From Hyalangium minutum (lineage in GTDB: Bacteria > Myxococcota > Myxococcia > Myxococcales > Myxococcaceae), in assembly GCF_000737315.1 (NCBI RefSeq), contig NZ_JMCB01000018.1:124001-188000 (forward strand): DNA of 64,000 bases, given 5' to 3'. The position numbers and the translations under genes are program-made. How positions within the stretch are numbered: position 1 is the stretch's first letter; every line of letters begins with the position of its first letter. This document shows, piece by piece, positions 27,200-41,376 of this stretch. Under the pieces are notes generated by a model. The model had not been told where the DNA came from. It saw nothing but the letters and a program-made list of their open reading frames with translations, and made no database searches.

Positions 27200-28353
27200 A
27201 GCGGGTGCGCCCCTTGAAGGCGCTGATGACAGGATTTTGGGGACTGACGCTGATGGCAGGAGTGGTGGGCTGCAGCGGTCAGCCAGCGGCGAAGCCTCCT
27301 CCTCCGCCACGTGAGGTGGAGGCGCTGACGCTGGCGCCCAGCCAGACACGGGACACCGGGGAGTATCTGGGCTCGCTGATCTCGCGGCAGAGCGTCAACG
27401 TGGTGCCGCAAGTGGCCGGCTACGTACGCCGCATCCACGTGACGCCGGGCCAGAAGGTGGAGGCGGGTACGACGCTGCTCGAGGTGGATGCGCGCCAGGA
27501 GACCGCCGCGCTCGAGAACGCCGAGGCCCAGCGCACCTCCGCCCAGGCGGGGCTCGAGCTGGCCAAGCAGACGCGCGAGCGCACGGAGGCCCTCTATAAG
27601 GAGGGGCTCGTGAGCGCCCAGGAACTGGAGCGCGCCCGCTCGCAGTCCGAGACAGCCGAGGCCGCCGCGCGCGCCGCTTCCGCCCAGGTGTCCCAGCGTC
27701 AGGTGCAGCTCCAGTACTACGCGGTGCGCGCCCCCTTCGCTGGCACGGTGGGCGATGTGCTGGTGCGCATGGGCGACTACGTCGGCGCCACCACGCCGCT
27801 GACGAGCGTGGCCCAGGCGGACGCGCTCGAGGTCAGCGTGTCGGTGCCCTCGGAGCGAGCCCGCTCGCTGCAGCCGAACACGCTCATCGAGCTGCTGGAT
27901 GCCACTGGCAAGGTGGTGCTCACGAGCAACATCTTCTTCATCGCTCCGCAGGCGGATCCGCGCACGCAGCTGGTGGAGATCAAGGCGGCCTTCCGCAACA
28001 CCGCGGGCCTGCGCCCCAACGAGCTGGTGCGCGCGCGCATGGTGTACTCCACACGCAACGCCCTGCAGGTGCCGGCGCTCGCGGTGGTGCGCCAGAGCGG
28101 CCAGCCCTTCGCCTTCGTGGTGCAGGACAAGGAGGGCAAGACCGTGGTGGAGCGGCGTCCCATCAAGCTGGGGCCCCTGGGAGAGCAGAGCTATGTGGTG
28201 GAGAGCGGCCTGCGGGAGGGCGATCGCATCGCGGTCTCCTCGCTGCAGCTGCTGCGCGACGGCGCACCGGTGAAGGTGAAGCCGCCGCCTCCCGCCGTGG
28301 TGGGGGCGGACGCCCCCGGCGCCACGGGAGGATCCACGGGAGGCTCCCGCTAG
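27196..28353 (+). CDS. RND efflux periplasmic adaptor (MFP), lipoprotein
   Basis: GTG overlaps the TolC stop (GTGA); lipobox VVGC; VVPQVAGYVRRI.V.PGQ.V and VRAPFAG.VG motifs. Confidence 0.9.
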   Translation: MKRVRPLKALMTGFWGLTLMAGVVGCSGQPAAKPPPPPREVEALTLAPSQTRDTGEYLGSLISRQSVNVVPQVAGYVRRIHVTPGQKVEAGTTLLEVDARQETAALENAEAQRTSAQAGLELAKQTRERTEALYKEGLVSAQELERARSQSETAEAAARAASAQVSQRQVQLQYYAVRAPFAGTVGDVLVRMGDYVGATTPLTSVAQADALEVSVSVPSERARSLQPNTLIELLDATGKVVLTSNIFFIAPQADPRTQLVEIKAAFRNTAGLRPNELVRARMVYSTRNALQVPALAVVRQSGQPFAFVVQDKEGKTVVERRPIKLGPLGEQSYVVESGLREGDRIAVSSLQLLRDGAPVKVKPPPPAVVGADAPGATGGSTGGSR

Positions 28354-28369
28354 CGCGGGCGGAGGCATC

Positions 28370-31516
<3,147 letters not shown>

Positions 31517-31527
31517 GGTTTGCATTC

Positions 31528-31556
31528 ATGCGGGGGCTGGTAGCATCCCCCGCATG
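31528..31556 (+). promoter_or_regulatory. Extended -10 promoter (leaderless) inside a 9-bp inverted repeat
   Basis: TG-G-TAGCAT (31538-31546), 7 nt, ATG 31554; flanking arms ATGCGGGGG (31528-36) and CCCCCGCAT (31547-55). Confidence 0.5.
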
Positions 31557-33275
31557 AACCGACGCATTCCGGCCCTGCTTGCCGCGCTGCCCGTCACCGT
31601 GACGCTGGCCGCTCCCCCTGCCCTCGCATGCACCAGCATGCTCGTCTCCAAGGGGGCCACGGCGGACGGCGCCACCTTCATGACGTACAGCGCGGACTCG
31701 CACGAGCTCTACGGCGAGCTGTACTACACCCCCGCACGGCGCCATGAGCCCGGCGCACAGCGCGACATCATCGAGTGGGACACGGGGAAGTTCCTCGGGA
31801 AGATTCCCGAGGCCCCCGTCACCTACTCGGTGGTGGGCAACATGAACGAGCACCAGCTCTCCATCGGCGAGTCCACGTTCGGCGGCCGCAAGGAGCTGGA
31901 GACTCCGAATGGCGTCATCGACTACGGCTCGCTCATCTACATCGCTCTGGAGCGGTCCAAGACGGCACGCGAGGCCATCCAGGTCATGACGCGCTTGGTG
32001 GCCGAGCACGGCTACGCCTCCACCGGTGAGTCCTTCTCCATCGCCGACCCGAAGGAGACCTGGCTGATGGAGATGATCGGCAAGGGCGAGGGGCAGAAGG
32101 GTGCGGTGTGGGTGGCTCGCAAGCTGCCCGAGGGCTATCTCACCGCGCACGCCAACCAGGCGCGCATCCGCCAGTTTCCGCTGACCGATCCGTCCACGAC
32201 GATCTACTCGCCGGACGTCATCTCCTTCGCCCGGGCGAAGGGCTGGTACTCCGGAGCGGACAAGGACTTCAGCTTCGCGGACACGTATGCCCCGTTCGAC
32301 TTCGAAGCACAGCGGTTCTCCGAGTCGCGCGTGTGGAGCATCTTCCGGCGTGCGGCGCCCTCGCAGAAGCTGGGCGTGGAGTACGTGGATGGCTCGGCGC
32401 CCGACAAGCGCCTGCCGCTGTGGGTGAAGCCAGACAAGAAGCTGTCCGTGCAGGACACCATGGCGCTGATGCGGGATCACTTCGACGGCACGCCGCTGGA
32501 CATGGCGAAGGACGTAGGGGCTGGGCCGTATGGAGCGCCCTATCGCTGGCGGCCGTTGACGTGGGAGGTGGACGGGAAGAAGTACGTCAACGAGCGCGCC
32601 ATCTCCACGCAGCAAACCGGATTCTCCTTCGTGGCGCAGCTGCGCGACTGGATGCCGGCGCCCGTGGGCGGCGTGCTCTGGTTCGGCGTGGATGACACCG
32701 CGATGACGGTGTACACGCCGATGTACGCGGGCATCCGGCAGGCTCCGAAGAATCTGGCGCAGGGCGTGGCCAGCCGGGGCAAATTCTCGTGGGACTCGTC
32801 CTTCTGGGTGTTCAACTGGGTGTCGAACCAGGCTTACGCGCGTTGGAGCGACATGTCCGTGGACGTGCAGAAGGAGCAGGGCGAGCTGGAGCGCCAGTTC
32901 CTCGCGGACCAAGCGGGCATCGAGAAGAAGGTGCTGGAGCAGTACAAGCGCAACCCCGAGGAGGCACGTCAGTTCCTCACGGAGTACTCCGGGAAGCTGG
33001 GCGAGCAGGTCCACACACGCTGGCGTCGGCTGGGTGAGAATCTGCTGGTGAAGTACATCGACGGCAACGTCCGGGATGACCAGGGCAAGGTGAACCACCC
33101 GCCGTATCCACAGTCGTGGTACCGGCGCATCGCTCAGGAGACGGGGCAGCACCTGCAGCTGCCTGCCGAGCCTGCGCAGAAGCCCGCTGCTGCGCCTGCG
33201 GTGACACCTGCTGCTGCTCCTGCCGCGCCCGCGCAGAAGCCGGAGCCGAAGCCGACGGTGGCTCCCGCGCCCTAG
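31554..33275 (+). CDS. Secreted C69 family dipeptidase (Ntn hydrolase)
   Basis: Signal peptide ending ALA-CTS (N-terminal Cys nucleophile); GNMNEHQL.IGESTFGGR, HANQARI and NERAISTQQTG motifs; Pro/Ala-rich tail. Confidence 0.88.
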   Translation: MNRRIPALLAALPVTVTLAAPPALACTSMLVSKGATADGATFMTYSADSHELYGELYYTPARRHEPGAQRDIIEWDTGKFLGKIPEAPVTYSVVGNMNEHQLSIGESTFGGRKELETPNGVIDYGSLIYIALERSKTAREAIQVMTRLVAEHGYASTGESFSIADPKETWLMEMIGKGEGQKGAVWVARKLPEGYLTAHANQARIRQFPLTDPSTTIYSPDVISFARAKGWYSGADKDFSFADTYAPFDFEAQRFSESRVWSIFRRAAPSQKLGVEYVDGSAPDKRLPLWVKPDKKLSVQDTMALMRDHFDGTPLDMAKDVGAGPYGAPYRWRPLTWEVDGKKYVNERAISTQQTGFSFVAQLRDWMPAPVGGVLWFGVDDTAMTVYTPMYAGIRQAPKNLAQGVASRGKFSWDSSFWVFNWVSNQAYARWSDMSVDVQKEQGELERQFLADQAGIEKKVLEQYKRNPEEARQFLTEYSGKLGEQVHTRWRRLGENLLVKYIDGNVRDDQGKVNHPPYPQSWYRRIAQETGQHLQLPAEPAQKPAAAPAVTPAAAPAAPAQKPEPKPTVAPAP

Positions 33276-33811
33276 CGGTCAGCGAGCTCCAGGAGCTTGG
33301 TGACGGTGCTCCAGTTGCGGGCCGTAGGGGTGACTCCCAGGCGCGGCCCGCCGAGCACGGTCGCCAGCTTCGAGTTCCCAATGCCGTTGGGAAACCGGGC
33401 GTAGATCTCACGCCCGACGACTCGGAACTCCTCCGGGAGGTAGGCCTTCGGATCGATCTCCTGGAGCCGCTTCTTCTCGGGGACATCAGAGAGGAACGTC
33501 ACGAGGAACTTGGAAGGTGCGTCCTCGGCACCGGAGAGAGGATTTGCCTGGATGACGGCAGCGAGCTCATCCCGGGTGCGGATGATGACGGCGACGTCGA
33601 AGCCGAACTCCTTCGCGATGGCGGTCTCGAGCTGCTTGGCGACCTTCGCCGGGTTCTTCTCCTTGGTGGTGAAGACGGCGTTGCCGCTCTGGAGCAGTGT
33701 GGCGACATCGGTGTAGCCGAGCCCCTCCATCAGATTGCGGAGCTGGGCCATCGGGACCTTCTTGTTGCCCCCCACGTTGATACCGCGCAGCAAGGCGACG
33801 TACCGGGTCAT
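33272..33811 (-). CDS. DUF1697 family protein
   Basis: YVALLRGINVGG.KKVPMA.L, LQSGNAVF and TARNWSTV.KL motifs. Confidence 0.9.
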   Translation of the reverse strand: MTRYVALLRGINVGGNKKVPMAQLRNLMEGLGYTDVATLLQSGNAVFTTKEKNPAKVAKQLETAIAKEFGFDVAVIIRTRDELAAVIQANPLSGAEDAPSKFLVTFLSDVPEKKRLQEIDPKAYLPEEFRVVGREIYARFPNGIGNSKLATVLGGPRLGVTPTARNWSTVTKLLELADR

Positions 33812-33848
33812 GCCCGCGCTCTAACACACCCAGGCGGCAGAGCGTGGA

Positions 33849-34931
33849 TTACGGGTTCTGCTTCACCGGCAGCACGATGCGGAAGGTCGTTCCAGCCCCG
33901 GGCTGGCTGCGCACGTCGATGCGGCCCCGGTGCCGCGCCACGATGCTGTACGAGAGTGCCAGCCCCAACCCTGTCCCCTTCCCCACCGGCTTCGTCGTGA
34001 AGAAAGGATCGAAGATGCGCGTCAGGATCTCCGGCGCGATCCCCTCGCCGGTGTCCTCAATTTCCACGAACACCTGCTCGGTCCCGCTGGTCCCCGTCCG
34101 CACCGTGATCGTCCCCCGCTTCCCCTTGATCGCCTGCGCCGCGTTCACCAGCATGTTCAGGAACACCTGGTTCAGCTGTGACGGCAGGCACTCCACCTCC
34201 GGCAGCGCCCCGTACTCCCGCACCACCTCCGCCACGTACTTCACCTCGTTGTTCACAATCGTCAGCGTGCTATCGAGCCCCTTGTGCAGGTCGGCCCACT
34301 GCCACTGTGCATCGCTCACATGCGAGAACTCCGTCAGATCCCGGATGATCTGCCGCACCCGCCGCAGCCCCTCCGTCGACTCGCTCACCACCTCCAGCGC
34401 GTCCTCCCGTAGCACCCCCAGCTCCGCCTCCTCCTTCCGCGCCTCCAGCCGGTTCCGCGCCTCCTCCCCCAGCCCCACCTCCTCCGCCTCGTACGCCCCA
34501 ATCAGCTTCAGCAACCCCGCCACGTAGTGACGCAGCGTCCCCAGGTTGCTGCTCACGAACCCAATCGGGTTGTTGATCTCGTGCACCAGCCCCGCCGTCA
34601 GCTGCCCGATTGACGCCATCTTCTCCGACTGCAGCAACTGGCTGTGCGTGTCCTCCAGCTTCCGGATCAGCGCCGCCTGCTCCGCCTTCTCCGCCAGCAG
34701 CGCCTCCTCGATGCGCTCCCGCCCCGCCAGCTCCTCGCGCAGCTGATCGTTCCGCGACGTCAGCTCCCGCGACGTCAGCTCCAATGAGCGCTCGATCAGC
34801 TGCCGATCCTCGTCCGCCGCCAGGTAGGCCTCGCTCACCGCCTTCAGGAAGGACTCCATCCCTGCGGGCCACTTCTCAGGCTCGCCGAAGAACCGCTGCA
34901 GCTGTCGCTCGAGCAGCTTGTGGTAGCTCAC
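33849..34931 (-). CDS. Cytoplasmic NtrB-like histidine kinase with no recognisable sensor domain
   Basis: QSEKMASIGQL..GLVHEINNP H-box, NQVFLNMLVNA, DTG.G, FDPFFTTKPVGKGTGLGL; GTG start overlaps the FIST stop. Confidence 0.9.
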   Translation of the reverse strand: MSYHKLLERQLQRFFGEPEKWPAGMESFLKAVSEAYLAADEDRQLIERSLELTSRELTSRNDQLREELAGRERIEEALLAEKAEQAALIRKLEDTHSQLLQSEKMASIGQLTAGLVHEINNPIGFVSSNLGTLRHYVAGLLKLIGAYEAEEVGLGEEARNRLEARKEEAELGVLREDALEVVSESTEGLRRVRQIIRDLTEFSHVSDAQWQWADLHKGLDSTLTIVNNEVKYVAEVVREYGALPEVECLPSQLNQVFLNMLVNAAQAIKGKRGTITVRTGTSGTEQVFVEIEDTGEGIAPEILTRIFDPFFTTKPVGKGTGLGLALSYSIVARHRGRIDVRSQPGAGTTFRIVLPVKQNP

Positions 34932-36064
34932 GATTCCGAGAACGCCGTGATGGTCATGGTCTGGTTGTGCAGCTCACACCGCGTCACCGCTCCGCTCGGG
35001 CAGATCTCCCCATACGAGTAGAAGCCTGTCAGCACGGGGCCCGTCCCGAGCACCTCTCGCACGCACTCCACCTCCTCCTCCACGCGCTGCTGGAGCACCA
35101 GCTTGCGCCCCACACAGCTGATCAGCACCGCCAGCTCCGGCCGGAAGCTCCCCAACCGCTCCAGCCCCGCCCTCGCCGCCCCCGCCGCTCCATCAATGAG
35201 CCGGTCGAAGTTCGCCTTCATCAGCCGTGCGTAGGCCCCTTCCGGCATGTCGCCCGCGAAGGTCATGCTCTGCTCCCGCTCGTCGATGCTCAGGACCGTC
35301 CGGACCAGCACCCGGCCCTCGTCCCCTCGCAGTGCCAGGGGAAACCGCAGCGCCGAGGCCGGAAGCCCCGCCGCGTGCGGCCCCAGGTATTCCTTATAGA
35401 GCGCCAGCGCCGAGCGCCCATCCAGCTCGTAGAGCACGTTCCTCCGCGAGCGAGTGATTCGCCGCTCCGGGCCAAAGGCATCCCAGCCCCCCACCGAGCC
35501 GTAGCCCACGTGCAGCTGCTCGCCACAGAAGCCCACCGCAGCAATCAGCCCCGCCGCGGGCACGCCATTGGCGCACACCACCGTGTGCTGGAAGTGCGGC
35601 CCATCCCCCGCAAGCCCCCCCGTCAGCCCCACCGAGTCCGGCAGGTTCGCCCGCAGCCCTCGCACCAGCTCCGTGCCGTTGACCTTCAGCCCGTCCGACA
35701 GCACGAGCACCTGCGTGAGCCCCGGCCGCTGCAGCGCCTTCGCCAGCGCCGCTCCCGCCGCGTAGCTCTCTTCCATTGAGCCCACCGGCACCTGCGCCAG
35801 GTGCACCTGTGTCCGCAGGAACCGCACCGCCGTCACCACCAACGAGTCGTCACAGACCGCCGTGCCGCAGATCTCCCCCGCAGTCGAACAGCCCACCAGG
35901 AGCGCCTCTGGGTACCACTCGCGGATCTGCCGCATGGCCGAGGGTGCTCCCAGCCGCGCCGTGGCCCCAAACAGCAGCACCAGCTGCGCCTCGGAACCCG
36001 CGCCCCCCGGCGCCGTCTCGCGCCAGCCCTCTGCGGCGGTCCACGTCTTTTGCTCGACCTTCAT
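34928..36064 (-). CDS. FIST (FIST_N plus FIST_C) sensory protein, NosP-like
   Basis: VGCSTAGEI, VLSDGL.VNG.ELV.G, TGGLAGD, GWDAFG, NVLYELDG, LISCVGRK.VL and GFYSYGEI...LHNQTMT motifs; SD GGAGG. Confidence 0.9.
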   Translation of the reverse strand: MKVEQKTWTAAEGWRETAPGGAGSEAQLVLLFGATARLGAPSAMRQIREWYPEALLVGCSTAGEICGTAVCDDSLVVTAVRFLRTQVHLAQVPVGSMEESYAAGAALAKALQRPGLTQVLVLSDGLKVNGTELVRGLRANLPDSVGLTGGLAGDGPHFQHTVVCANGVPAAGLIAAVGFCGEQLHVGYGSVGGWDAFGPERRITRSRRNVLYELDGRSALALYKEYLGPHAAGLPASALRFPLALRGDEGRVLVRTVLSIDEREQSMTFAGDMPEGAYARLMKANFDRLIDGAAGAARAGLERLGSFRPELAVLISCVGRKLVLQQRVEEEVECVREVLGTGPVLTGFYSYGEICPSGAVTRCELHNQTMTITAFSES

Positions 36065-36177
36065 CCGCGCCTCCGCCCACAGCAGCATCTCCCTGTCAAT
36101 GATGCTTGAGCCGCACGCCTCCTGCGAAGACTTCAGACGCCTCGCACCCCGCGTGTACCCATCCTGACCGCCAATCC

Positions 36178-36194
36178 CCGGAATGCCGATTGCA
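36178..36194 (+). promoter_or_regulatory. Weak candidate sigma54 promoter for the NtrC-type gene
   Basis: CCGGAATGCCGATTGCA: GG(36180-81)-N10-GC(36192-93). Good -12 (TTGCA), poor -24. Confidence 0.3.
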
Positions 36195-36221
36195 AGACCG
36201 TGGTATTGAGGCCTCGTACCC

Positions 36222-37640
<1,419 letters not shown>

Positions 37641-37643
<3 letters not shown>

Positions 37644-37687
37644 CAGCCCGTCACACCCTCCCCCGCCGGGTTTTGACAAAATGTCCC
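37641..37687. promoter_or_regulatory. Two candidate enhancer (UAS) boxes
   Basis: TGACA-GCCC-GTCAC (37641-54) and TGACA-AAAT-GTCCC (37674-87); semi-palindromic, 33 bp apart, about 100-150 bp upstream of the -24 box. Confidence 0.5.
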
Positions 37688-37788
37688 AGCCCCCGAAACC
37701 CGTCGCTCGCCTGCTCCCGGTGTGGGTCCTACCTGGAATAATTCCGCGGACTTGGCCGTAGGCCACGGGTTGTCCGCCGCCCTGTGGG

Positions 37789-37804
37789 TGGCACTTCGCT
37801 TGCT
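37789..37804 (+). promoter_or_regulatory. Sigma54 (-24/-12) promoter of the gsp operon
   Basis: TGGCAC-TTCGC-TTGCT matches TGGCAC-N5-TTGC exactly; ends 29 nt before the gspC ATG. Confidence 0.85.
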
Positions 37805-37833
37805 CAACACCCAGCAGCTCCCTTGGACGTGTG

Positions 37834-38757
37834 ATGGAACTCCTCTTCCGCAAATACTTCTGGACCGTGAACCTCGTGTTCATCCTGCTCGTTGCCTGGC
37901 TGGTAGCGCGCACGGCGAACCTGTTCGTGGAGTCCGCGATCGCGCCCGCCCCCAACGCGGAGCCCGCGGTGCGCACCCCGCAGCGCCTCCAGGAGACCCA
38001 GCAGCTGGCCTCGCTGGACATCGACCGCCTGTCCAAGCTCACCGGCATCAAGATCCCCGAGCCTGAGCCCGTCGTGCAGGAGCCCACCTCGGCCCCGGTC
38101 GTCGACGAGAACGCCGAGCCCGTGAAGAGTGGCCTGCGCGTGAAGCTGCTCGGCACCCTGGTGTCCGTCGACAAGAACTGGTCCTTCGCCTCCGTGCAGG
38201 ACATGACCACCCAGCGCTCGCAGACGTACATGGTGGGGGATCCCATCCAGTCCGCCACGGTGACGGACATCCAGCGCGAGCGGGTGATCATCCTCAACAA
38301 CGGCCGCCGGGAGTTCATCGACGGCCAGCCGGGAGACGGCAGCATGCCGACCCCCACGTTCACGCCTCCTCCCGTGGCCTCGGCCGCGCCGGCCGCGCCC
38401 AACAGCGGCCTGGGCAACGGCATCCGCGCCGTCAGCGAGAACGAGTACGAGGTGCCGCGTGGGGAGATCGACAAGACGCTGGCCAACCTCAACGAGGTGG
38501 CCATGCAGGCGCGCATCGTGCCCGCCTTCAAGGACGGACAGGCCCAGGGCTTCAAGCTCTTCTCCATCCGCCCGGACTCCATCTACTCGAAGATCGGCGT
38601 GCAGAACGGAGACGTCATCCGCCGCATCAACGGGTTCGACCTGAACAGCCCGGAGAAGGCCCTCGAGGTCTACTCCAAGCTCAAGGAAGCTCCTCGCATC
38701 GAGATCGAGATCGAGCGTAACGGCGCGCCGATCCGCAAGACGTACAACGTCCGCTAA
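37834..38757 (+). CDS. gspC: Type II secretion protein GspC (TM, HR domain, PDZ)
   Basis: N-terminal TM; KLLGTLV HR domain; PDZ GFKLFSIRPDSIYSKIGVQNGDVI; first gene of the gsp cluster. Confidence 0.9.
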   Translation: MELLFRKYFWTVNLVFILLVAWLVARTANLFVESAIAPAPNAEPAVRTPQRLQETQQLASLDIDRLSKLTGIKIPEPEPVVQEPTSAPVVDENAEPVKSGLRVKLLGTLVSVDKNWSFASVQDMTTQRSQTYMVGDPIQSATVTDIQRERVIILNNGRREFIDGQPGDGSMPTPTFTPPPVASAAPAAPNSGLGNGIRAVSENEYEVPRGEIDKTLANLNEVAMQARIVPAFKDGQAQGFKLFSIRPDSIYSKIGVQNGDVIRRINGFDLNSPEKALEVYSKLKEAPRIEIEIERNGAPIRKTYNVR

Positions 38758-38778
38758 CCCCGCAGTGCAAACCCTTCC

Positions 38779-41376
38779 ATGAAGACGCTCTCGCCCCGGT
38801 CGCTCCTGCTGTGCCTGGCGCTGGCAGCCTCGCCCGCCCTGGCTCAGCGCCCTGTCTCGCCCCCCGCCGCTCCTCGCGGGGAGCGGCAGATCAATCCGCA
38901 GCCCGCACCCGGCGTCACCGCCGGCGGTGAGGGAACTCCCAAGGCCGAGGGCGGCCGCACCACGCCCACCTGCGAAGAGGCCCGGCGCCGCGCGCGCTAC
39001 GGCATCTACTTCGACAAGGTGGACATCGAGAAGCTGGTGCAGACCGTCTCGGATGCCACCTGCAAGACGTTCATCCTCCCGGAGAACGTGCGTGGGAAGA
39101 TCTCCATCATCGGCCCGGAGAACGGCCGCGTGGAGGTGGACGCCGAGCAGTTCTACGCCGCCTTCCTGGCCGCGCTCGACGCCAACGGCCTGTCCGTGTA
39201 CCCCCACGGCCGGTTCCTGAAGATCGTCGACAAGCGCTCGGCGAAGCAGAACCCCATCCCGACGATCGTGGACGCGGACACTCCGTACACCACGAACGAG
39301 CAGATGGTGACCAAGCTCTTCAAGATCCGGTACGTGGAAGTGGAGCCGCTGCGCGGCGTGCTGCAGCAGCTGGTGTCCAAAGACGGCGACACCATCCCGT
39401 ACCCGCCGGACACGGTCATCGTGAACGACGTGGGCTCCAACATGCACCGCCTGGAGCGCATCATCGCCCAGCTGGACACGCGCGCCTCCAGTGACGAGCT
39501 GCGCATCATCCAGGTGCAGTTCGCCACCGCCAATGACGTGGCCAGCACCGTGCAGAAGCTCTTCGAGTCCAAGTCCCGCCCAGGCCAGCGCACCGGCGGC
39601 TTCATCCCCAACGTGTCGCCAGGCGCGCAGCCGGGCGAAGTCGCCGTCCCGGGCCAGTCAGGAGAAGCCTCCGGCGGGCCGGTGACGCTGTCGCAGATCA
39701 TCCCGGACGAGCGCACCAACAAGCTCATCGTCGTGGCCAGCCCCGCCGCCTTCGAGCGCATCCTTCAGATCGTCCGCGAGGTGGACGTGCCCACGGACGC
39801 GGGCGGCCGCATCAACGTCTACCCGCTGGAGAACGCGGACGCCGAGGAGCTGGCCAGCACGCTGCAGACGCTGGCGCAGGGCACCGCCAACCGCCCGCGC
39901 ACCCCGATACCGGGGCCGCCTCCCGGGGGCATCCGCGCCTCCCCCACGGCCGCCGAGCTGTTCTCCGGCGAGGTGAAGATCTCCGCGGACAAGTCCACCA
40001 ACGCGCTGGTGATCGTCGCCAGCCAAGCGGACTTCCGGAACATCATCCGCGTCATCGAGCAGCTGGACATCCCCCGGCGCCAGGTCTTCGTCGAGGCCGT
40101 CATCATGGAGGTCAACCTGGACCGGAACGCCGAGTTCGGCATCAACTTCCACAGCGGCTACAAGCTGAACACGGACCAGGGCTCCGTGCCGGGCCTGTTC
40201 GGCACCAAGTACACCAGCCAGGGCCTGCCGCCCTCGTTCTCGCTGGCGAACCTGGCCAGCTTCGGTGGCTTCCTCGCCGGCCTGCAGGGCCCCGTCATCC
40301 CGGAGCTGCAGAAGCTGGGCATCGACATCCCCGCCTTCGGCGTGGTGCTGCACGCGCTGCAGCAGAGCTCGGACGTGAACGTGCTCTCCACGCCGCACAT
40401 CCTCACCAGTGACAACGAGGAGGCGGAGATCACCGTGGGCCAGAACGTGCCCTTCCAGTCCGGCTTCTCGCCCACCGCGCTGGGCACGGGCCTGGGCACC
40501 ACCGGCACCACCGGCGGCATCAACCCCTCGCTGCTGGGTGGCCTGGGCGGCCTGGCCTCTCAGTTCGCCCCCATCACCCGCCAGAACGTGGAGCTGAAGC
40601 TCACCGTCAAGCCGCAGATCAACGAGAGTGACTTCATCCGCCTCGTCATCACCGAGCAGACGGAGGAGATCGCCTCCAGCGATCCGGTGCTGGGCCCCAC
40701 CACCTCCAAGCGCAGCGCGAAGACGACGGTGGTCGCCAAGGATCAGGAGACGGTCGTCATCGGCGGCATCATGCAGGACCGCTCCATCGAGTCCGTGGCC
40801 AAGGTGCCCATCCTCGGTGACGTGCCGCTGCTCGGGCACTTCTTCCGCGAGACCACGCGCAAGAAGACGAAGACCAACCTGCTGCTGTTCCTGACGCCCT
40901 ACATCATCAAGGACCAGAGCGACTTCCGCACCATCTTCGAGCGCAAGATGAAGGAGCGGCAGCAGTTCGTGGAGCAGTTCTACGGGCAGGTGCCGGGCTA
41001 CGACGTGGCCGTGGACTTCAGCCGCAAGCCGGGCCCGCTGTCGCGCATGAACCAGTCCGTCCTCCGCGAGCAGCAGAAGCTGGAGAACGGCGGCCCGGGC
41101 ACCCCCGGGGAGCGCATCATCAAGCCCGGCAGCCAGGGCCGTCAGAATGCCCCCGGCACGGGCACCCAGGCGCCTGCTGGGACGCAGGACAGCCAGGGGA
41201 CCGGGGTGGCGCCCGCCGTGGCGCCCGCCGCGAGTTCACCGGCCGTGGAGACGGGGCCCGAGGTCCGGGAAGCACCGGCGGCGCCCCAGGGTTCCGAAGA
41301 ATCAGTGCCTACGCCCGAGGCCCCTGAGCGGCTGCGCATCCAGCCGGACACGGGAGCGGGAGATCGAACCCCATGA
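38779..41376 (+). CDS. gspD: Type II secretion secretin GspD
   Basis: Signal peptide; N-domains; QVFVEAVIMEV, NVLSTP.ILT.DNEEAEI.VGQNVP and KVPILGDVPLLG.FFR...KTNLLLFLTP motifs. Confidence 0.95.
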   Translation: MKTLSPRSLLLCLALAASPALAQRPVSPPAAPRGERQINPQPAPGVTAGGEGTPKAEGGRTTPTCEEARRRARYGIYFDKVDIEKLVQTVSDATCKTFILPENVRGKISIIGPENGRVEVDAEQFYAAFLAALDANGLSVYPHGRFLKIVDKRSAKQNPIPTIVDADTPYTTNEQMVTKLFKIRYVEVEPLRGVLQQLVSKDGDTIPYPPDTVIVNDVGSNMHRLERIIAQLDTRASSDELRIIQVQFATANDVASTVQKLFESKSRPGQRTGGFIPNVSPGAQPGEVAVPGQSGEASGGPVTLSQIIPDERTNKLIVVASPAAFERILQIVREVDVPTDAGGRINVYPLENADAEELASTLQTLAQGTANRPRTPIPGPPPGGIRASPTAAELFSGEVKISADKSTNALVIVASQADFRNIIRVIEQLDIPRRQVFVEAVIMEVNLDRNAEFGINFHSGYKLNTDQGSVPGLFGTKYTSQGLPPSFSLANLASFGGFLAGLQGPVIPELQKLGIDIPAFGVVLHALQQSSDVNVLSTPHILTSDNEEAEITVGQNVPFQSGFSPTALGTGLGTTGTTGGINPSLLGGLGGLASQFAPITRQNVELKLTVKPQINESDFIRLVITEQTEEIASSDPVLGPTTSKRSAKTTVVAKDQETVVIGGIMQDRSIESVAKVPILGDVPLLGHFFRETTRKKTKTNLLLFLTPYIIKDQSDFRTIFERKMKERQQFVEQFYGQVPGYDVAVDFSRKPGPLSRMNQSVLREQQKLENGGPGTPGERIIKPGSQGRQNAPGTGTQAPAGTQDSQGTGVAPAVAPAASSPAVETGPEVREAPAAPQGSEESVPTPEAPERLRIQPDTGAGDRTP

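Noticed and set aside
34753-34782. 15-bp tandem duplication (ELTSR twice) in the kinase
   Set aside because: In frame within a coiled-coil-like linker; only two copies, so probably incidental.
36077-36099. TTGACA upstream of the FIST gene as a -35 box
   Set aside because: No -10-like hexamer at 16-19 nt spacing.
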